DNA from: an uncultured delta proteobacterium
GTDB taxonomy: Bacteria; Desulfobacterota; Desulfobacteria; Desulfobacterales; B30-G6
DNA: 64,000 nt
NCBI GenBank assembly: GCA_963823335.1
Contig: CAWGLD010000001.1
Location: 544,001-608,000 of the forward strand
Direction of reading: 5' to 3'
A program made the translations under genes and the position numbers. Under the pieces are notes generated by a model, which saw only the letters and a list, made by a program, of their open reading frames with translations, made no database searches and was not told the DNA's origin. Positions 60,836-64,000 of this stretch are shown here, in pieces; within the stretch, counting starts at the first letter, position 1; every line of letters begins with the position of its first letter.

Positions 60836-61969
60836 ATGAATGTAACTGCAGAAATTGCTATTCAGCAGGCTTCTGAAGATACCTTGGTCGTAACTCTTTC
60901 CGGACCCTGGACACTGAACCATGCAAGACCCTCAAATAAAACGGTCCGTCATTTTCTAAAAGCATCTCCTGCACTGCGGACAATCAAATTTGATACCCAG
61001 AAACTGACGAACTGGGACTCGGGATTATTGATCTTTGTGAAACGGCTGCGTACTCTCTCTGCAGATACAGGAATAGTAATTGACGTCAGCGGCCTGCCTC
61101 TTGGTGCTCAGCAGTTGATGAAACTTGCAGCTGCTGTACCAGACAAGACTGATGCCCATACGCCACCCAAACGATCCTCCTTTCTGATGATTGTCGGCCA
61201 GGATGTCATTGAGTTTTTCCATTCATCCGGCAAAATCCTGGCATTTATTGGAGAAACGACACTGGCCTTCCTGAGGTTGTTGCGCGGTCACGCCCGGCTT
61301 CGTCGCTCTGATCTATTTCTGATTATTGAAGATTGTGGAGGACGTGCCCTGCCAATTGTGTCCCTGATCAGTTTCCTGGTCGGTCTGATCCTGGCTTTCG
61401 TCGGTGCCATCCAGTTAGAATTATTCGGTGCACAGATTTACGTTGCTGACCTGGTAGGTATTGCCACTGTTCGACTCATGGGGGCTATTATGACCGGTAT
61501 CGTCATGGCGGGGCGGACAGGTGGAGCATTTGCCGCCCAACTCGGCACCATGCAGGTAAACCAGGAGATTGACGCGCTCAAAACCATGGGCATTTCTCCG
61601 ATGGAGTTTTTGGTGCTGCCGCGAATGCTCGCACTCGCAATGATGATGCCCCTGCTTTGCCTGTATGCCAATGTCATGGGAATACTTGGGGGCATGGTTG
61701 TCGGTGTTGGCCTGCTGGATATCGACTTTATTCAATATTTCAACCAGACAGTAGAGGCGGTACGACTCTGGGACTTAGGAATTGGACTTTTCAACAGTAT
61801 AGTTTTCGGCATAATTGTGGCATTATCTGGCTGTATGAGGGGAATGGAGTGTGCCCGGAGTGCATCCGCAGTTGGTGATGCTGCTACATCGGCTGTCGTA
61901 ACAGCAATTGTCGGAATTATAGTTTCAACTGCGGTTATCACGGTAATCTGCGATATACTCGGGATCTGA
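60836..61969 (+). CDS. mlaE: MlaE-family ABC permease with N-terminal STAS domain
   Basis: WDSG STAS; AGRTGGAFAAQLGTMQVNQEIDALKTMG, VLPR. Confidence 0.9.
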   Translation: MNVTAEIAIQQASEDTLVVTLSGPWTLNHARPSNKTVRHFLKASPALRTIKFDTQKLTNWDSGLLIFVKRLRTLSADTGIVIDVSGLPLGAQQLMKLAAAVPDKTDAHTPPKRSSFLMIVGQDVIEFFHSSGKILAFIGETTLAFLRLLRGHARLRRSDLFLIIEDCGGRALPIVSLISFLVGLILAFVGAIQLELFGAQIYVADLVGIATVRLMGAIMTGIVMAGRTGGAFAAQLGTMQVNQEIDALKTMGISPMEFLVLPRMLALAMMMPLLCLYANVMGILGGMVVGVGLLDIDFIQYFNQTVEAVRLWDLGIGLFNSIVFGIIVALSGCMRGMECARSASAVGDAATSAVVTAIVGIIVSTAVITVICDILGI

Positions 61970-62006
61970 TATTTCCGGAGGTAATTCTGAGTATTATCAA
62001 CAAGGA

Positions 62007-62768
62007 ATGATGATTGACAAAAAGGCACATATTACAGTTCGGGACCTGACCGTAGGGTATGGAGACTTTATATTGATGCGTGATTTGTCTTTTACCGTCG
62101 AACATGGCGATATTTTCATTATCATGGGTGGTAGCGGATGCGGTAAAAGTACCATAATGAATATACTCATCGGTCTTAAAAGTCCCAGCAAAGGGAGCGT
62201 GGTGTATGATGCTTTGGATTTCTGGGGATCAGGCCCTGAAGCCCGAGACAAGATTATTCGACGCACTGGAGTAATGTATCAGAGCGGTGCGTTATGGAGT
62301 TCGATGACTTTAGCAGAAAATATCGCCTTGCCTTTGGAAACGTATACACAACTCAGTGTTGCCGAAATACAGGAGGTGGTCGAGCTAAAACTGGAACTCG
62401 TTGGTCTTGCAGGATTTCAGGAGTTTTATCCGTCTGAGATAAGCGGTGGTATGCAGAAACGTGCTGGGATTGCCCGCGCCATGGCTTTGGATCCGGAGAT
62501 CCTCTTTTTTGACGAACCCTCCGCCGGGCTCGACCCTGTTTCGGCCCGTCGCCTTGACGATATGATTCTGGAACTTCGTAACAGCCTCGGTACGACCATG
62601 GTTGTGGTTACCCACGACCTGGCCAGTATCTTCGCAATTGGCAGCAATTCTGTATTCCTTGATGTGGCCAAGCGTACAATGACCGCAACGGGAAATCCCA
62701 ATCAACTGCTTGCTGAAAGCCGCGATCCTACACTGCATATGTTTTTGACTCGAGGTGAAAAACTGTAA
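62007..62768 (+). CDS. mlaF: MlaF-family ABC ATPase
   Basis: GGSGCGKS, ISGGMQKRAGIARA, FDEPSAGLDP. Confidence 0.92.
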   Translation: MMIDKKAHITVRDLTVGYGDFILMRDLSFTVEHGDIFIIMGGSGCGKSTIMNILIGLKSPSKGSVVYDALDFWGSGPEARDKIIRRTGVMYQSGALWSSMTLAENIALPLETYTQLSVAEIQEVVELKLELVGLAGFQEFYPSEISGGMQKRAGIARAMALDPEILFFDEPSAGLDPVSARRLDDMILELRNSLGTTMVVVTHDLASIFAIGSNSVFLDVAKRTMTATGNPNQLLAESRDPTLHMFLTRGEKL

Positions 62769-62786
62769 CAATTATGGAGAGAAGAC

Positions 62787-63794
62787 ATGGCAAAACAAGC
62801 TAACACTATGGTGATCGGCGGATTCGTTATCTTGGCTGTCTTCCTGCTGATTTCCAGTATCGTTGTTTTCGGTTCGGGAAATTTTTTCAAGAATATCGAT
62901 GAATATATATTTCACTTTGAGGGTTCTATAAAAGGGCTCAATGTCGGTGCACCAGTGCTGTTCGAAGGTGTAAGGATCGGTAAGGTAACCAGAATAGTGG
63001 CAACTATTGACGAAACTCAACTGACAACTGATATTAAGGTAATCGCTGAAATCTATGGTGACAGCTTTCTCGTTAAAAATGAGTTAGAAGAGAGAGACTC
63101 AAAGGACATAGTGTCGAAACTCATTAACAAGGGATTGCGGGGAAAATTGGCAATCCAGAGTTTAGTCACCGGCCAATTATTGATCGAGCTTGGATATAAT
63201 CCGGGGTCACCGGCTAAAGTTAAAGAGGAAAAATCACACTATATAGAAATACCGACCACATCATCGGACACCGGGCGTTTTTTGAAATCTTTGCAAAATC
63301 TTGACTTTGAAGCGTTGGATAAAACACTTAACAGTGTTTTGAGTGGATTGGATCGCCTGGTTAATGACCCCGCAATCCATTCTGGAGCCAGTTCTCTGAA
63401 TAAAACAATTGATGAATTAATAGGTCTGATCACCAAGATAGACAGCCACGTTGATCCCCTTGCTGAATCGTTACAGGAAACCCTTGGCGACACACGCCGA
63501 CTCTTAAACAATGCGGATCGTCAGGTTGCTCCAGTGAGCGGTGATTTAAAGAAGATTCTTGTGAATTTTAACAAACTTGTTCGTGACACTGACAGCAGTA
63601 TAAAACTGCTGACGAATAATCTCGATTATACCCTTGAAAAACTTAATGGAATAGTTTCCGAAGATAGTCCGCTGATTATAGAAATGCAGGAGACATTGTC
63701 CAAAGTTTCTACTATGTCAAGTTCTATTCGGCAGTTGGCAGACTACCTGGAACGGCACCCCGAGGCACTGTTAAGAGGGAAAGGTCCACAATGA
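62787..63794 (+). CDS. MlaD/MCE domain protein
   Basis: GLNVGAPVLFEGVRIGKV, SLVTG, YLERHPEALLRG. Confidence 0.9.
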   Translation: MAKQANTMVIGGFVILAVFLLISSIVVFGSGNFFKNIDEYIFHFEGSIKGLNVGAPVLFEGVRIGKVTRIVATIDETQLTTDIKVIAEIYGDSFLVKNELEERDSKDIVSKLINKGLRGKLAIQSLVTGQLLIELGYNPGSPAKVKEEKSHYIEIPTTSSDTGRFLKSLQNLDFEALDKTLNSVLSGLDRLVNDPAIHSGASSLNKTIDELIGLITKIDSHVDPLAESLQETLGDTRRLLNNADRQVAPVSGDLKKILVNFNKLVRDTDSSIKLLTNNLDYTLEKLNGIVSEDSPLIIEMQETLSKVSTMSSSIRQLADYLERHPEALLRGKGPQ

Positions 63795-63804
63795 GGAGAC
63801 GAAA

Positions 63805-64000
63805 ATGGAGAAAAACTGCCTATTTTATCTGGTGACCATAACCACCACCCTATTCTTCTTTGTTATTGGAGGTTGTGTCGGAAAGAGTCCATCGTCTCGT
63901 TTTTACAGACTCACCTCAATCACAGAAAGTCAGTCGGATGCTCTACCAAAGAATCCGACATCAGATATCGCCGTAGGTATAGGTCCGGTGACCATTGCTG
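63805..64000 (+). CDS. PqiC-like auxiliary lipoprotein (runs off window end)
   Basis: Lipobox IGGC, SRFYRL, VGIGPVTI; follows the MCE gene. Confidence 0.75.
   Translation, partial: MEKNCLFYLVTITTTLFFFVIGGCVGKSPSSRFYRLTSITESQSDALPKNPTSDIAVGIGPVTIA

Overview
Chromosomal window (roughly 50% GC by eye) that most likely comes from a sulfate-reducing Desulfobacterales-type deltaproteobacterium (inferred from gene content and order). 1-9 kb: a Liv-type ABC transporter operon with two acyl-CoA ligases and a UspA. 9-13.7 kb: LOG, ptsH-ptsI-smpB-yajD. About 13.8-38.6 kb: a non-canonical anaerobic phenol-type activation cluster. It has phenylphosphate synthase A/B, a lone PpcB-like UbiD, UbiX, an aryl-CoA ligase and a divergent LysR with a well-placed operator. 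It also has three Tm-1/UPF0261 ATP-binding paralogs, DUF89/HAD/Nudix hydrolases, an AOR-family tungsto-enzyme module and an orphan EutA. Next come mutM, lutABC, selO and a patchwork of stress/redox genes with decayed pseudogenes, and finally an MlaEFD-PqiC transporter. Two selenoprotein genes are missed or split by the ORF track: a 75-aa glutaredoxin-like Uxx-star protein with two UGA codons, each followed by a SECIS-like hairpin, and a secreted DsbA-like UPYC protein. The intergenic DNA is rich in unexplained structure: arrays of 18-bp units with covarying 4-bp GNA-triloop mini-hairpins, a G-tract element found just after six stop codons, an inverted octamer element, a GTAG REP doublet, and two candidate small transcripts. 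All calls come from reading the sequence and recalling family motifs; no database searches were run.
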